Shown here in pieces: positions 1 to 8,563 of a stretch of DNA of 32,000 nucleotides. Numbering within the stretch: the stretch's first letter is position 1; every line of letters starts with the position of its first letter. Made by a program: the position numbers and the translations under genes. The DNA is from Horticoccus luteus. GTDB taxonomy: Bacteria > Verrucomicrobiota > Verrucomicrobiia > Opitutales > Opitutaceae. The stretch is taken from positions 240,001 through 272,000 of the forward strand of contig NZ_CP080507.1 in NCBI RefSeq assembly GCF_019464535.1, given 5' to 3'. Under the pieces are notes generated by a model. The model was not told the DNA's origin. It saw nothing but the letters and a program-made list of their open reading frames with translations, and ran no database searches.

Positions 1-562
1 GGCGCGCGGCGACGTGGCGCCAGGCGGCGGGGCGATGGACGTGGCCGGCGCCGCCGAGGTTGTCGTCGAGCAGCCAGCCCGCGCGGCCGTGGCCGTAGCC
101 GAGGAGACGGCGCGGGCGCACGAGGCGGAGAAACATGTGGTCGCGCGCGATGGGCCAGATGGAGGTCGCGGCGGTGAAGCGGCGGGCGCGGAGTTGGCGG
201 AGCAGGCCGAAGAGGAGCGTCCACGGCCAGCGTTGCACGGGCGGGCCGGAGAACAGCGCCCACGGGGCGACGCAGGGAATCAGTTCCACGTCGGGGACGA
301 AACGATGGAGGAGACCGGCGGCGTTGGGCGGGGCGAGGAGCGTGACGTCGAAGTGCGTGAGGGCGGATTGGAGAAACGGAATCAGGATCGCGATGTCGCC
401 GGTGCCGCGGAGTTCGGCGACGAGCAGGGTCGGCCGCCCGGAGGTGGGCGCGCGGGAGAGGAGTGTCGGCGAAGGGGCGGCGGGGCGGACGTGGAAATCG
501 GATACGGCGCTCAAGGAGGGAAGGGTAAGCGGGCGTGTCGCCTGAGACAAGCGACGCGGCAC
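1..562 (-). CDS. Glycosyltransferase family 9 (heptosyltransferase-like), N-terminal part; the gene continues past the left edge
   Basis: Absent from the ORF track because it is open at the window edge. My hand translation of the minus strand gives ...SGRPTLLVAELRGTGDIAILIPFLQSALTHFDVTLLAPPNAAGLLHRF..., which fits the N-terminal LxxxxLGDxxxxxPxLxxL pattern of GT9 enzymes. An in-frame TAA at 601-599 bounds it upstream. Start candidates are GTG 562, TTG 550 and TTG 514. The 14..589 + ORF is its antisense shadow. Confidence 0.55.
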   Translation of the reverse strand, partial: MPRRLSQATRPLTLPSLSAVSDFHVRPAAPSPTLLSRAPTSGRPTLLVAELRGTGDIAILIPFLQSALTHFDVTLLAPPNAAGLLHRFVPDVELIPCVAPWALFSGPPVQRWPWTLLFGLLRQLRARRFTAATSIWPIARDHMFLRLVRPRRLLGYGHGRAGWLLDDNLGGAGHVHRPAAWRHVAAR

Positions 563-663
563 GGGGAAACGGAGGCGGGCAAGTGGTAACCGGTTGAGTT
601 ACTTGGCGGCCAGTCGGGAGAGACTCGGGCGCGGCGGAGGAGAGGAAGGTGCAACCTCTTCGG

Positions 664-1797
664 TTACGCGTTGAGGCGCGCGGGAAAAAGGAGGCGGCGC
701 AGGTGAGGGGTGGTGGCGGTGCCGGTGGTGCCGAGTTGGTGGACGACGAGCGAGGCGGCGGCTTGGGCGAGCGTCATGGCCTCATGGATCGTCGCGTCGG
801 CGGCGAGGGCCAGCGCGAGCGTGGCGGTGACGGTGTCGCCCGCGCCGACGATGTCGATGGGACCGCGGACGGGGAGGGCGGGAACGTGGGCGGCGACGAT
901 GGACGAAGCGGACGGGAGGGTTGGTCGGGTGGTGGGCGGCGTGGCGGGTGCGGCGCCGATGATGCCGTGTTCGGCGAGCGTGATGAAGACCGGCTGGCCG
1001 TGGCGCGCGGCGAGGGCGCGCGCACCGGCGAGACGTGGCGCGAACGGGATGGCGGACGAGGAAGGTTCAACGTTGGGGCTGGCGGGAAGATCGGAGGGCG
1101 AAGGCGCGGGCGGGAGGGCGGCGGCGAGCGCGGCGAATTCGGCGGCGTTCATTTTCCAAGCGCAGGCGGGGAAACGGGCGAGGCCGTGGCGGCTGTCGGC
1201 GAGGACGACGAGGCGTGGAAGCGCACGAGTGATTTCGGCGAGGGCCATGAGCACGGAGTCGGTGATCGCGCCGCAGCCGGCGACGCCGGCTTGGTCCATC
1301 ACGATGAGGACATCGAGCTGGTCGGCGAGGGCGCGCAGGGCCGCGATGAGCTGAGCTTCGAGCGGGGCGGGAAGGGGCGTGGTGTCTTTGAGGTCGAGGC
1401 GGGAAAGTTCTTCGGGCGCGGCGCCGGGTCGCGGGAGGAGCGGTTTGGTGTAGGTGAAAGTGTGACGCGCGGGCGAGGTAAGGAAGGCGGCGAGGGAGAC
1501 GCCGGGGATGCGTTGGAGCGCGCGGCGGAGTTCGAAGCCCTCGCCGTCGTCGCCGCAGTAGCCGAGGGGAAAAAGCGCGGGTGCGCCGAGCGCGGCGGCG
1601 TTGGCGAGGATGTTGCCGGCGGCGCCGGGCTGGCAGCGGACGCGCAGGATGTTGTGCACGGGGCGGCCGGTTTCGAGGGAGGTTTCCTCGCGCGCGGGAT
1701 CGAGGTCGAAGTAGCGGTCGAGGGAAAAATCGCCGATGACGCCGACGCGGAGGCGGGCGAAACGGGCGGTGAGGGCGTCGAAGCGGGCGGGGGTCAC
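664..1797 (-). CDS. PfkB-family carbohydrate kinase, similar to the kinase domain of RfaE/HldA (heptose-7-phosphate kinase-like)
   Basis: This is the C-terminal 378 codons of the 776-aa track ORF. It contains RVGVIGDFSLDRYFDLDP...GAAGNILANAAALGA (N-terminal PfkB/RfaE-like motif) and IDIVGAGDTVTATLALALA (PfkB signature 2). The upstream 398 codons are Arg/Pro-rich junk. The proposed GTG start at 1797 (VTPARFDALTARF) leaves a 78-bp divergent spacer. Confidence 0.8.
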   Translation of the reverse strand: MTPARFDALTARFARLRVGVIGDFSLDRYFDLDPAREETSLETGRPVHNILRVRCQPGAAGNILANAAALGAPALFPLGYCGDDGEGFELRRALQRIPGVSLAAFLTSPARHTFTYTKPLLPRPGAAPEELSRLDLKDTTPLPAPLEAQLIAALRALADQLDVLIVMDQAGVAGCGAITDSVLMALAEITRALPRLVVLADSRHGLARFPACAWKMNAAEFAALAAALPPAPSPSDLPASPNVEPSSSAIPFAPRLAGARALAARHGQPVFITLAEHGIIGAAPATPPTTRPTLPSASSIVAAHVPALPVRGPIDIVGAGDTVTATLALALAADATIHEAMTLAQAAASLVVHQLGTTGTATTPHLRRLLFPARLNA

Positions 1798-1875
1798 GCG
1801 GGGACGGAAACGAAACGCGCGGGGGGTCGCAATCGCGCTTTGCTTCGGTGGGGGGCGTGGGCAGTGTGGCGCGCC

Positions 1876-3078
1876 ATGGCGGCGAACAGCGGGCTGAGCG
1901 GGGAGTTCAAGGCGGCGACGATGCGGGGCGCGGCGGGGTTTTTCCGCGTGGCGCAGCATCGGTCGGGCGCGTGGTGGCTGATCGATCCGGCAGGCGAGCC
2001 GTGGTGGGGGCGGGCGGTGAATGGCGTGGACGCGGCGGCGGACGCGGGGCCGGAGCATCCGGTGGCGCAGTTGCGGCGGTGGGGAGCCAACGCGCTCGGC
2101 GCGGGCGCGGCGGCGGAGTTGCGTGGCGACGGGCTGCCGTTTCTGGCGAACGCGGATTTTTGCGCGGCGGGGGCGGTGATCCGGGGGAGCCGCGTGGTGT
2201 TGCCGGATGTGTTTGATCCGGCGTGGGCGCGCGCGGCGCGGACTCACGCCGCGGCGAAAGGGGCGGATTTGGCGGGGCGGACGGATGTGCTGGGTTGGTT
2301 GACGGATACGGGGATCGAATGGGGCGAGACGGCGGCGAGCGGGCGGCCGATGTTGTTGCAAACGTGTCTGAGTCTGGAGCCGGGTTTCGCGGCGTATCAT
2401 GCGGCGTGGGAATTTGTGCTGGCGGGGCACGGCGGGCGGATCGAACCGCTCGCGCGGGCGTGGCAGGTGCCGCTGGCGAATCGGGAGGGCGTGCGGGAAT
2501 TGACGCGGGGCGACCGGGGCATCGGATCGCGCGGGTACCTGCGGGACGAGGCGCGCTGGGCGCGGGAGTTTGCGCGGCGCTACTTCATGCTGACGTCGGC
2601 GGCGTTGCGGGCGGCGGTGCCGGAGCATCTGATTTTTGGCGCGCGGGCGCGGCGGGGGAGCGATCCCGCGGTGCGGCGCGAGGCGGTTTATCCGGCGGTG
2701 GATGTGACGTGCGGGCGGGCGGATGAAGTGGGGTTGGGGGCGACGGGGCCGGTGTGGGTGGATGGATTTTCGTGGGCGAAGGAAGCGTTTTGGGCGGCAC
2801 CGACGGCGAGACGGGCGCGGAAGTCGACGAGCGTGGAGCGCATGATGCGGCAGGGGCGCGCGGCGCTGGAGCAACTGGCGCGGCATCCGGCCGTCGTGGG
2901 TTTCGCCTGGAGCCGCTGGCGCGACGAGCCGGCGGAGCAGCCGCCGTTTGCGCAGGGCCTCGTGCACACGAACGGGGTGGAGGCGCGCGAGCACACGGAG
3001 TTGCTCACGGAGGTGAATCTTCGCGCGGAAAACTTGCGACGCGCGGCGGGCGCGGGCAAGGTGGCCGAATGTCGATGA
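1876..3078 (+). CDS. Hypothetical protein, possibly a glycoside-hydrolase-like TIM-barrel protein
   Basis: This is the C-terminal 400 codons of the 809-aa track ORF, with ordinary composition. It contains FFRVAQHRSGAWWLIDPAGEPWWGRAVNGV, VLGWLTDTGIEWGE and VVGFAWSRWRDEP, motifs that recall GH-like proteins. The functional call is inference only. ATG 1876 is in frame; ATG 1921 is an alternative start. Confidence 0.6.
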   Translation: MAANSGLSGEFKAATMRGAAGFFRVAQHRSGAWWLIDPAGEPWWGRAVNGVDAAADAGPEHPVAQLRRWGANALGAGAAAELRGDGLPFLANADFCAAGAVIRGSRVVLPDVFDPAWARAARTHAAAKGADLAGRTDVLGWLTDTGIEWGETAASGRPMLLQTCLSLEPGFAAYHAAWEFVLAGHGGRIEPLARAWQVPLANREGVRELTRGDRGIGSRGYLRDEARWAREFARRYFMLTSAALRAAVPEHLIFGARARRGSDPAVRREAVYPAVDVTCGRADEVGLGATGPVWVDGFSWAKEAFWAAPTARRARKSTSVERMMRQGRAALEQLARHPAVVGFAWSRWRDEPAEQPPFAQGLVHTNGVEAREHTELLTEVNLRAENLRRAAGAGKVAECR

Positions 3079-3491
3079 GAACGCTGCGTCTGCTCCTTGG
3101 TGCGGCCACCGCCCTGTGGTGGGCGGGCTGCACGACGCCGAAGAAAACGCCGCCGGTCGTGGACCAGCTGACGCTGGCGGGGCACGTGCTGACGACGGAC
3201 AATTCGGCGTTGCCGGACGATGCGGTTTTGACGGTGCGGTTGCTGGACGTGTCGTCGCCCGATGATCCGGCGGGCGTGGTGGCGGAGCAGAGCACGTCGG
3301 CTTCGGGGCGGCCGCCGATCGGGTTCATGCTGCGATATCGTCCGGCGGAAGCGGAGCGCGGACATCGGTTCGTGTTGGATGCGCGGATCGAGTCGATGGG
3401 GAAGTTGCGTTACTATTCGCTGAAGCCGCAGCCGGTGAAACTCGACGGGACGGAGGGGCCGCACGAATTGCTGGTGGCGCCAGCGAAATGA
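3069..3491 (+). CDS. YbaY-like lipoprotein
   Basis: It starts MSMRTLRLLLGAATALWWAGC, a signal peptide with a lipobox Cys. The body (ALPDDAVLTVRLLDVSSPDDPAGVVAEQ...RFVLDARIESMGKLRYYS) resembles YbaY/COG3126 lipoproteins. An alternative ATG at 3075 forms an ATGA overlap with the upstream stop (3076-3078). The first 105 codons of track ORF 2754..3491 are rejected. Confidence 0.7.
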   Translation: MSMRTLRLLLGAATALWWAGCTTPKKTPPVVDQLTLAGHVLTTDNSALPDDAVLTVRLLDVSSPDDPAGVVAEQSTSASGRPPIGFMLRYRPAEAERGHRFVLDARIESMGKLRYYSLKPQPVKLDGTEGPHELLVAPAK

Positions 3492-4471
3492 GCGGCGGGC
3501 TGACGATCTGGAGCAACATGAGGTTGCGGCCGTCGGCGCGGGCCGAGCTGGAGCAAGCGCTCGCCGCCATGCCGCATCGCCTCGTGTGGTCGCAACAGAT
3601 GTCGAACAACGTGCACACGGATGCGCGCAGCGACGCGGCGTTGGCGGAGGCGGATGTGGCGTTTGGGCAGCCGGATCCGCGGCAGGTGATGGCGGAGCAG
3701 CGGCTGCGCTGGCTCGCCGTGACGGCAGCAGGCTACACGCGCTACGATTTCGAGGCGTTCAAGGAAACGTTGCGGGCGCGTGGGGCGGCGATGACCAACG
3801 CCTCATCGGTGTTTGCGGATCCGTGCGCGCAGCACGTGCTGGCGATGATGCTGGCGTTGAACCGGGGTTTGCTGGAGGCGCACGCCACGCAGATTGGCGA
3901 GCGGGCGTGGTCGTATGTGGAGCAGCGTTACGCGTGTCGCCTGCTGACGGGGCAGACGGTGGTGCTGCTCGGGTATGGCGCGATCGGGCGGCGGCTGGCG
4001 GAGCTCTTGGAGCCGTTTGGGATGACCCTTTACGCGGTGCGGCGGCAGACGCGCAGCGAGGTGGGCGTGCGCATCGTGCCGGAGGAAAAATTGAGCAGCG
4101 TGCTGCCCCTCGCGGATCACGTGGTGAACGTGCTGCCCGACAACGAGAGCACGCGGCATTATCTGAATGCGCGGCGGCTGGCGTGTCTGCGGCCGGGGGC
4201 GCGGCTTTACAACGTGGGGCGCGGCGCGACGGTGGACCAGGCGGCGTTGATCGCGGCGGCGCGCGAGGGGCGCCTCGGCGCAGCGTATCTCGACGTGATG
4301 GAGCCGGAGCCGTTACCGCCGGAGCACGCGTTGTGGGATACGCCGAATATCCATATCACGCCGCACATCGCGGGGGGGATGGGCGACCAGGATGAGAAGC
4401 TCGTGCGGCATTTTCTCGCCAACCTCGCCGCGTGGGAGAAGGGCGGCGCGCTGACGGATCGGGTGGTGTGA
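3488..4471 (+). CDS. D-isomer-specific 2-hydroxyacid dehydrogenase family, NAD-binding
   Basis: It has the Rossmann motif VVLLGYGAIGRRLAELL and the catalytic-region motifs NVGRGATVD, AYLDVMEPEPLP and ITPHIAG. Its ATGA start overlaps the upstream stop at 3488-3491. Confidence 0.85.
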   Translation: MSGGLTIWSNMRLRPSARAELEQALAAMPHRLVWSQQMSNNVHTDARSDAALAEADVAFGQPDPRQVMAEQRLRWLAVTAAGYTRYDFEAFKETLRARGAAMTNASSVFADPCAQHVLAMMLALNRGLLEAHATQIGERAWSYVEQRYACRLLTGQTVVLLGYGAIGRRLAELLEPFGMTLYAVRRQTRSEVGVRIVPEEKLSSVLPLADHVVNVLPDNESTRHYLNARRLACLRPGARLYNVGRGATVDQAALIAAAREGRLGAAYLDVMEPEPLPPEHALWDTPNIHITPHIAGGMGDQDEKLVRHFLANLAAWEKGGALTDRVV

Positions 4472-4506
4472 GCCGCGGAGGAACGAGAACGATTGAAGCG
4501 GTGAGG

Positions 4507-5349
4507 TCAGGCGCGGGGCGGCGGATTGCAGAGGCGTTCGTAGGCGACGGTGACGGCTCCGATCGCGATCGGCATCGTGATGAAGAGGCCCACAAACAAA
4601 GCGAGCACGCCGGCGGCACCGATGATCGCGCCGAGAATCAGCAGGAAAAACACGCGCCACCATTGCGCGGTGATCACGCGGCGGCTGACTTCCAGCGCAT
4701 CCCAGAAAGGAAGTTTTTTGTCCACGATCAGCAGGAGCGCGAAACTATACGCGACGGCCAGATAGATGCCGGGCAAGATGAGGAGGACAAAGCCGAGGGC
4801 GACGAGCGCGTAGGTGACGGCGGTGGCCAGGGCGAGGGGAATGAACGCCACACTGAAGCCGGAAAACGCGTCGCCCAGAGTCGCAGTGTGCCCGCGGAGT
4901 TTTTTGAGATAAAAGGCGTAGAGGCCGCCGTAGAAGACGCCGCTGAGGAAGAACGTCACGAACCATTTGAGGACGGGAATCACGCTGGCGACCAAGGTGA
5001 CCAGAAGAACGACGGTGGTGACGCCGACGATGCCCCAGAAGTCGCTCTTCAGCAGTTCCCAACTGCGTTCGAAACAGGAGATGACGTCGATCTTCGCGGC
5101 GCGGGCGATGAGATCGGCGGCGTAAGCGCGATAGTCGGAGGGCGGCGGCACGGAGGCCGGTGTGTCGTGGGCCAAGGGTGTGGCCGGCGTGCCGAATTCG
5201 GCGAAGTCACCAAGGCGGCGCCACTCGACTTCGCGGTCGCGGCGGGCTTTCGTGTCCAGTGTGGCGCGGCCCGCGGCAATCCAAGCGCGCACTTGCTCCG
5301 CCGTCACGGGGCCGTATTCGCGGCCATCGCCGCCGATGATGGTGAACAT
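4507..5349 (-). CDS. GYF_2 (DUF4339) domain fused to a multi-pass membrane domain (DUF975-like)
   Basis: The N-terminus is MFTIIGGDGREYGPVTAEQVRAWIAAGRATLDTKARRDREVEWRRLGDF, the GYF_2 pattern. It is followed by a Pro-rich linker and about 5 hydrophobic helices. Confidence 0.8.
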   Translation of the reverse strand: MFTIIGGDGREYGPVTAEQVRAWIAAGRATLDTKARRDREVEWRRLGDFAEFGTPATPLAHDTPASVPPPSDYRAYAADLIARAAKIDVISCFERSWELLKSDFWGIVGVTTVVLLVTLVASVIPVLKWFVTFFLSGVFYGGLYAFYLKKLRGHTATLGDAFSGFSVAFIPLALATAVTYALVALGFVLLILPGIYLAVAYSFALLLIVDKKLPFWDALEVSRRVITAQWWRVFFLLILGAIIGAAGVLALFVGLFITMPIAIGAVTVAYERLCNPPPRA

Positions 5350-5490
5350 GCGCGGAGGAGAGCGTTTCGGTCGGGGCGCGTCAATCGCCGCGCGGGTGAG
5401 CGGGTCGGCGGGTTGCAGCGCCGGTGAGCCAATCCGTTGAGTCGCGAAAGGGGCGCAGCAACGTGAACGAGAAGCCGGCGGGGGCGCGGC

Positions 5491-6198
5491 TCAGGTGTGG
5501 GAGGGTTCGTCGAGGACGGCGCCGGACGCGAGGCAGCGCACGACTTTGGTGTCGGCGATGAGGTCGTGGAGGCAGCGTTTTTGCGGGCCGAAAATGAACA
5601 GCACGTCGATGATCGAAAAGAAACTGCCGAGGAACGGGATCATGCCGAGAAGGCCGGGCAGGATCCAACGCAGGAGGGCGGCGTGCGTGAAACCGGTGGG
5701 GGCACTGTCGCGATAACGCACGATGCGGATGCCGAGAAGGAGTTTGCCGAGGGACTGGCCGCGACGGCTGAGCAACACGACTTGCACGGCAAAGAGGACG
5801 AGTCCGCCGATCAGGAAGGCGCCACCGGCGGACGCGAGGGCGGTGGAATCTTCGCTCGCGAGGCTGCCTTGGCGGTTGGTGAGGATTTCCGCGAAGCGGG
5901 CGAAACCGACGAGGCGGATCGCCGGCAGGAGGCAGAGGAACGCAAAGAGCGTGTCGAGGATGGCAGCGGCGAGGCGGGTGCTGCGGTTGGCGAGCGGCAG
6001 GGCGGCGGCGATGAGTGGCGGAAGCTCGCCGGCGCGGGTGAACAGCTCGGGAAAATCTTCGAGTGGCCGCCAGTCGGTTTCGCCGTCGCGGCGCACGAGC
6101 GTATCGGCATTGGCACGACCGGCGGTGACCCATTCCTGGATTTGTTTAGCCGTCACGGGGCCATACTCCTGCCCGTCGCCGCCAATTATAGTAAACAT
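5491..6198 (-). CDS. GYF_2 (DUF4339) domain fused to an RDD-family membrane domain
   Basis: The real part starts at ATG 6198: MFTIIGGDGQEYGPVTAKQIQEWVTAGRANADTLVRRDGETDWRPLEDF. The C-terminus carries an RDD-like region (LSRRGQSLGKLLLGIRIV...CLHDLIADTKVV). The first 80 codons of track ORF 5491..6438 overlap the DUF1080 gene and look non-coding. Confidence 0.8.
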   Translation of the reverse strand: MFTIIGGDGQEYGPVTAKQIQEWVTAGRANADTLVRRDGETDWRPLEDFPELFTRAGELPPLIAAALPLANRSTRLAAAILDTLFAFLCLLPAIRLVGFARFAEILTNRQGSLASEDSTALASAGGAFLIGGLVLFAVQVVLLSRRGQSLGKLLLGIRIVRYRDSAPTGFTHAALLRWILPGLLGMIPFLGSFFSIIDVLFIFGPQKRCLHDLIADTKVVRCLASGAVLDEPSHT

Positions 6199-6229
6199 AG
6201 GCGCAGGAGAACGAGCGCGGCGCGGAGCG

Positions 6230-6904
6230 TCAATGACGAGAGAGGAGCGGCTCAATCGAGAGGCGGCGGAGGGCGTAGGGCGTGCCTTCGAATTGGAAAC
6301 CGATGTGGCCGGCGGCGGGATTGCTGCGGGTGATGCGGTTTTGCAGCACGCCGTTGACGGTGACCTCGACGGTGCCGTCGCGGCAGACGATGTCGCAGGT
6401 GTTCCACTCGCCGACAGGGTTCTCACTGTCGGCGGCAACGTGGGTGAGGAGCGGCGTCGGGGCGTCGGGTGGCGTGGAAAGCGCCTCGGCGAAGGTGGCG
6501 CCGGCCATGGGCAGGAGGTCGCCGGCGTGCGTGTGCTTGGTCTGGATCTGCAGGCAGCGCGGCCAGAGGTGGCGATCGAGGGGGCCGGTCGCGATGTGTA
6601 CGAGGATGCCGCTGTTGCCGGGCTTCGCCGTCCAACGCCATTCGGCGTGAAGATGAAAGTTGGTGTAGGTGGCGGTGGATTGCAGGTAACCGAGCGGCGC
6701 GCCGGCGAGCGTGAGCACGCCGTCGGCAGCGAGGGAGCTGACGGAGGAAAGGGCGGTGGGATCGGGAGAGAGGAACGTCCAGCCGGCGAGCGCAGAGTCG
6801 GCGAGGAGGCGTTGGGGCGGCGGAGGCGGCGCGGTATTTTCGGCGGCGGGGAGCGTGCAGGGGACGATGAGGGCGGTGGTCAGGAGGAGGGAGAGGAAAC
6901 GCAT
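6230..6904 (-). CDS. Secreted DUF1080 (3-keto-disaccharide hydrolase / LamG-like) protein
   Basis: It has the signal peptide MRFLSLLLTTALIVPCTLPAAE. The motifs WTAKPGNSGILVH, EWNTCDIVCRDGTVEVTVNGV and GHIGFQFEGTPYALRRLSI are typical of DUF1080. Confidence 0.8.
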   Translation of the reverse strand: MRFLSLLLTTALIVPCTLPAAENTAPPPPPQRLLADSALAGWTFLSPDPTALSSVSSLAADGVLTLAGAPLGYLQSTATYTNFHLHAEWRWTAKPGNSGILVHIATGPLDRHLWPRCLQIQTKHTHAGDLLPMAGATFAEALSTPPDAPTPLLTHVAADSENPVGEWNTCDIVCRDGTVEVTVNGVLQNRITRSNPAAGHIGFQFEGTPYALRRLSIEPLLSRH

Positions 6905-6966
6905 GGGCTGAGGCGAGGAAGGGCGGAGCCGAGGGGGAGGAAGGAAACGCTGACGCGTTGCGCTAT

Positions 6967-7008
6967 ACGAATGACGAATGACGAATGACGGATGACGAAG
7001 GGCGAAGG
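6967..7008. repeat. Imperfect tandem heptamer array, (ACGAATG) x6
   Basis: Read directly: acgaatg acgaatg acgaatg acggatg acgaagg gcgaagg. The array is intergenic and is flanked by the direct repeat CGCTGACGCG at 6948-6957 and 7015-7024. Confidence 0.9.
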
Positions 7009-7037
7009 GTGGAGCGCTGACGCGGGCGAGGCGGGCG

Positions 7038-8327
7038 CTATTGTTTATAGATGATGCCGCCTTTCATCACGAAGGCGACGTGCATGACCGCGTTGATGTC
7101 GGCGAGCGGGTCGCCGTTGACCGCGACGAGATCGGCGAATTTGCCGGGCTCGACGGAACCGAGATCCTTCTCGGCGCCGAGGAGGCGCGCGGCGGAAATC
7201 GTGCCGGCCTGGATCGCTTTCATCGGCGGGAGGCCGGCACCGACCATGTAGATGAACTCGCGGGCGTTTTCGCCATGCGGGCCGACGCCCATGTCGGTGC
7301 CAAAGGCGATCTTCACGCCGGACTCGTAAGCGTGGCGGAAGGCGGCGTCCATTTGCGCGCCGATGACGAGGGCTTTCGGGCGGATGATGTCGGGGAAGAA
7401 ACCGGGCGTCTGCGCTTTGTCGTGGACCCAGTGGCCGGCGGTGAGCGTCGGGACATACCAAGTGCCGCGCTCCTTCATGAGGCCGATGTCGGTGTCGTCG
7501 AGGTAGGTGCCGTGTTCGATGGAATCGACGCCGGCGAGCACGGCGCGGCGGATGGCTTCGGTGCCATGGGCGTGGACGGCGACCTTCAGTCCGTATTCGT
7601 GTGCGGTGGTGACGACGGCGCGCAGTTCATCGTCCTGCATTTGGGGGTTGTCGCCGCTTTTTTCCATGCTGAGCACGCCGCCCGAGGCCATGATTTTGAT
7701 GACGTCGACGCCGTCTTTATAGTGTTGGCGCACGGCGCGGCGGGCGGCGTCGGGGCCGTCGATGACATTGGGCGAGACGAGTTTTTCCATGACCTCGTCG
7801 TTGAAGCCGTCGGTGGGATCGGCGTGGCCGCCGGTGGTGCCGATCGGCGCGCCGGCGGTGAAAATGCGCGGGCCGTCGACCCAGCCGCGGGCAATGGCCT
7901 TTTTGAGCGCGAGAGTGGAGTTATGGTTATCGCCGAGGTTGCGGACGGTGGTGAAGCCGGCGAGGAGGGTGAGCCTGGCGTAATGCGCGGCGCGGAGGGC
8001 GTAGTCGCCCGGGTTGAGATAAAAGCCTTCGGTGAACGCCTGCGGGTTGATCTGCGAATCGAGGTGCACGTGGCAGTCGATCCAGCCGGGCATGACCGTG
8101 GCGTGCGTGAGGTCGACGACGGTGTCGCCGTTGGCGGCGGGAGTGAAACCGTCGGCGAGGGCGGCGATGCGCTCGCCCTCGATGACGACGGTGACGCGGG
8201 AACGGGGCGTGGCGGAGAGTCCATCGATGAGGGAACCGCAGTGCACGAGGGTGCGCGCGGGCAGCAGGGCGGCGGAGCAGGCAAGAGCGGCGGCGAAAAG
8301 CGCGCCGCGGCGGGGCAGGGGAAGCAT
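7038..8327 (-). CDS. Amidohydrolase-family metallo-hydrolase (imidazolonepropionase / Xaa-Pro dipeptidase-like), secreted
   Basis: It has the metal-binding motif PGWIDCHVHL, plus VAVHAHG and SIEHGTY, and a C-terminal FGTDMGV...GKFADLVAV. The signal-like N-terminus MLPLPRRGALFAAALACSAALLPA starts at ATG 8327. The track start at 8363 is a TTG and is less likely. Confidence 0.85.
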   Translation of the reverse strand: MLPLPRRGALFAAALACSAALLPARTLVHCGSLIDGLSATPRSRVTVVIEGERIAALADGFTPAANGDTVVDLTHATVMPGWIDCHVHLDSQINPQAFTEGFYLNPGDYALRAAHYARLTLLAGFTTVRNLGDNHNSTLALKKAIARGWVDGPRIFTAGAPIGTTGGHADPTDGFNDEVMEKLVSPNVIDGPDAARRAVRQHYKDGVDVIKIMASGGVLSMEKSGDNPQMQDDELRAVVTTAHEYGLKVAVHAHGTEAIRRAVLAGVDSIEHGTYLDDTDIGLMKERGTWYVPTLTAGHWVHDKAQTPGFFPDIIRPKALVIGAQMDAAFRHAYESGVKIAFGTDMGVGPHGENAREFIYMVGAGLPPMKAIQAGTISAARLLGAEKDLGSVEPGKFADLVAVNGDPLADINAVMHVAFVMKGGIIYKQ

Positions 8328-8563
8328 GGGCGATGGTATGAGGGCGGCGCGGGTGGGGCGCAAACGCTTTGGGTGCGAACGGCGGCTCGGGCGGCAGCCG
8401 GCAACGCGGACGAAGACGTGTCATCGCCGGCGGGCCGGTGGGCTTGGGGCGGTGAAGAGGTGCCATCCGTGCGGGAGCGCCGATCGCGGGGCGCGACGGA
8501 CTGCGGACGCGTTTGCGGCGATCAGGATTGTCGCGCGGCGAGCGATGGGTTTGCTCGCGGGGC

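Noticed and set aside
649-1875. N-terminal 409 codons of the 809-aa plus-strand ORF (649..3078)
   Set aside because: The sequence is Gly/Arg/Glu-rich low-complexity (GGGGAGGAELVDDERGGG...). It lies exactly antisense to a well-supported PfkB kinase gene, so it is a typical high-GC shadow ORF. Only 1876..3078 looks like real protein.
1798-2994. N-terminal 399 codons of the 776-aa minus-strand ORF (664..2994)
   Set aside because: The sequence is Arg/Pro-rich junk (RRLLRRLVAPAAPGETHDGRMPRQ...) antisense to the 1876..3078 gene. The recognisable kinase begins only at GTG 1797.
5723-6988. 421-aa plus-strand ORF ending ...RMTNDE
   Set aside because: It is antisense to the RDD and DUF1080 genes. Its C-terminal MTNDE tail is simply the heptamer array read in frame.
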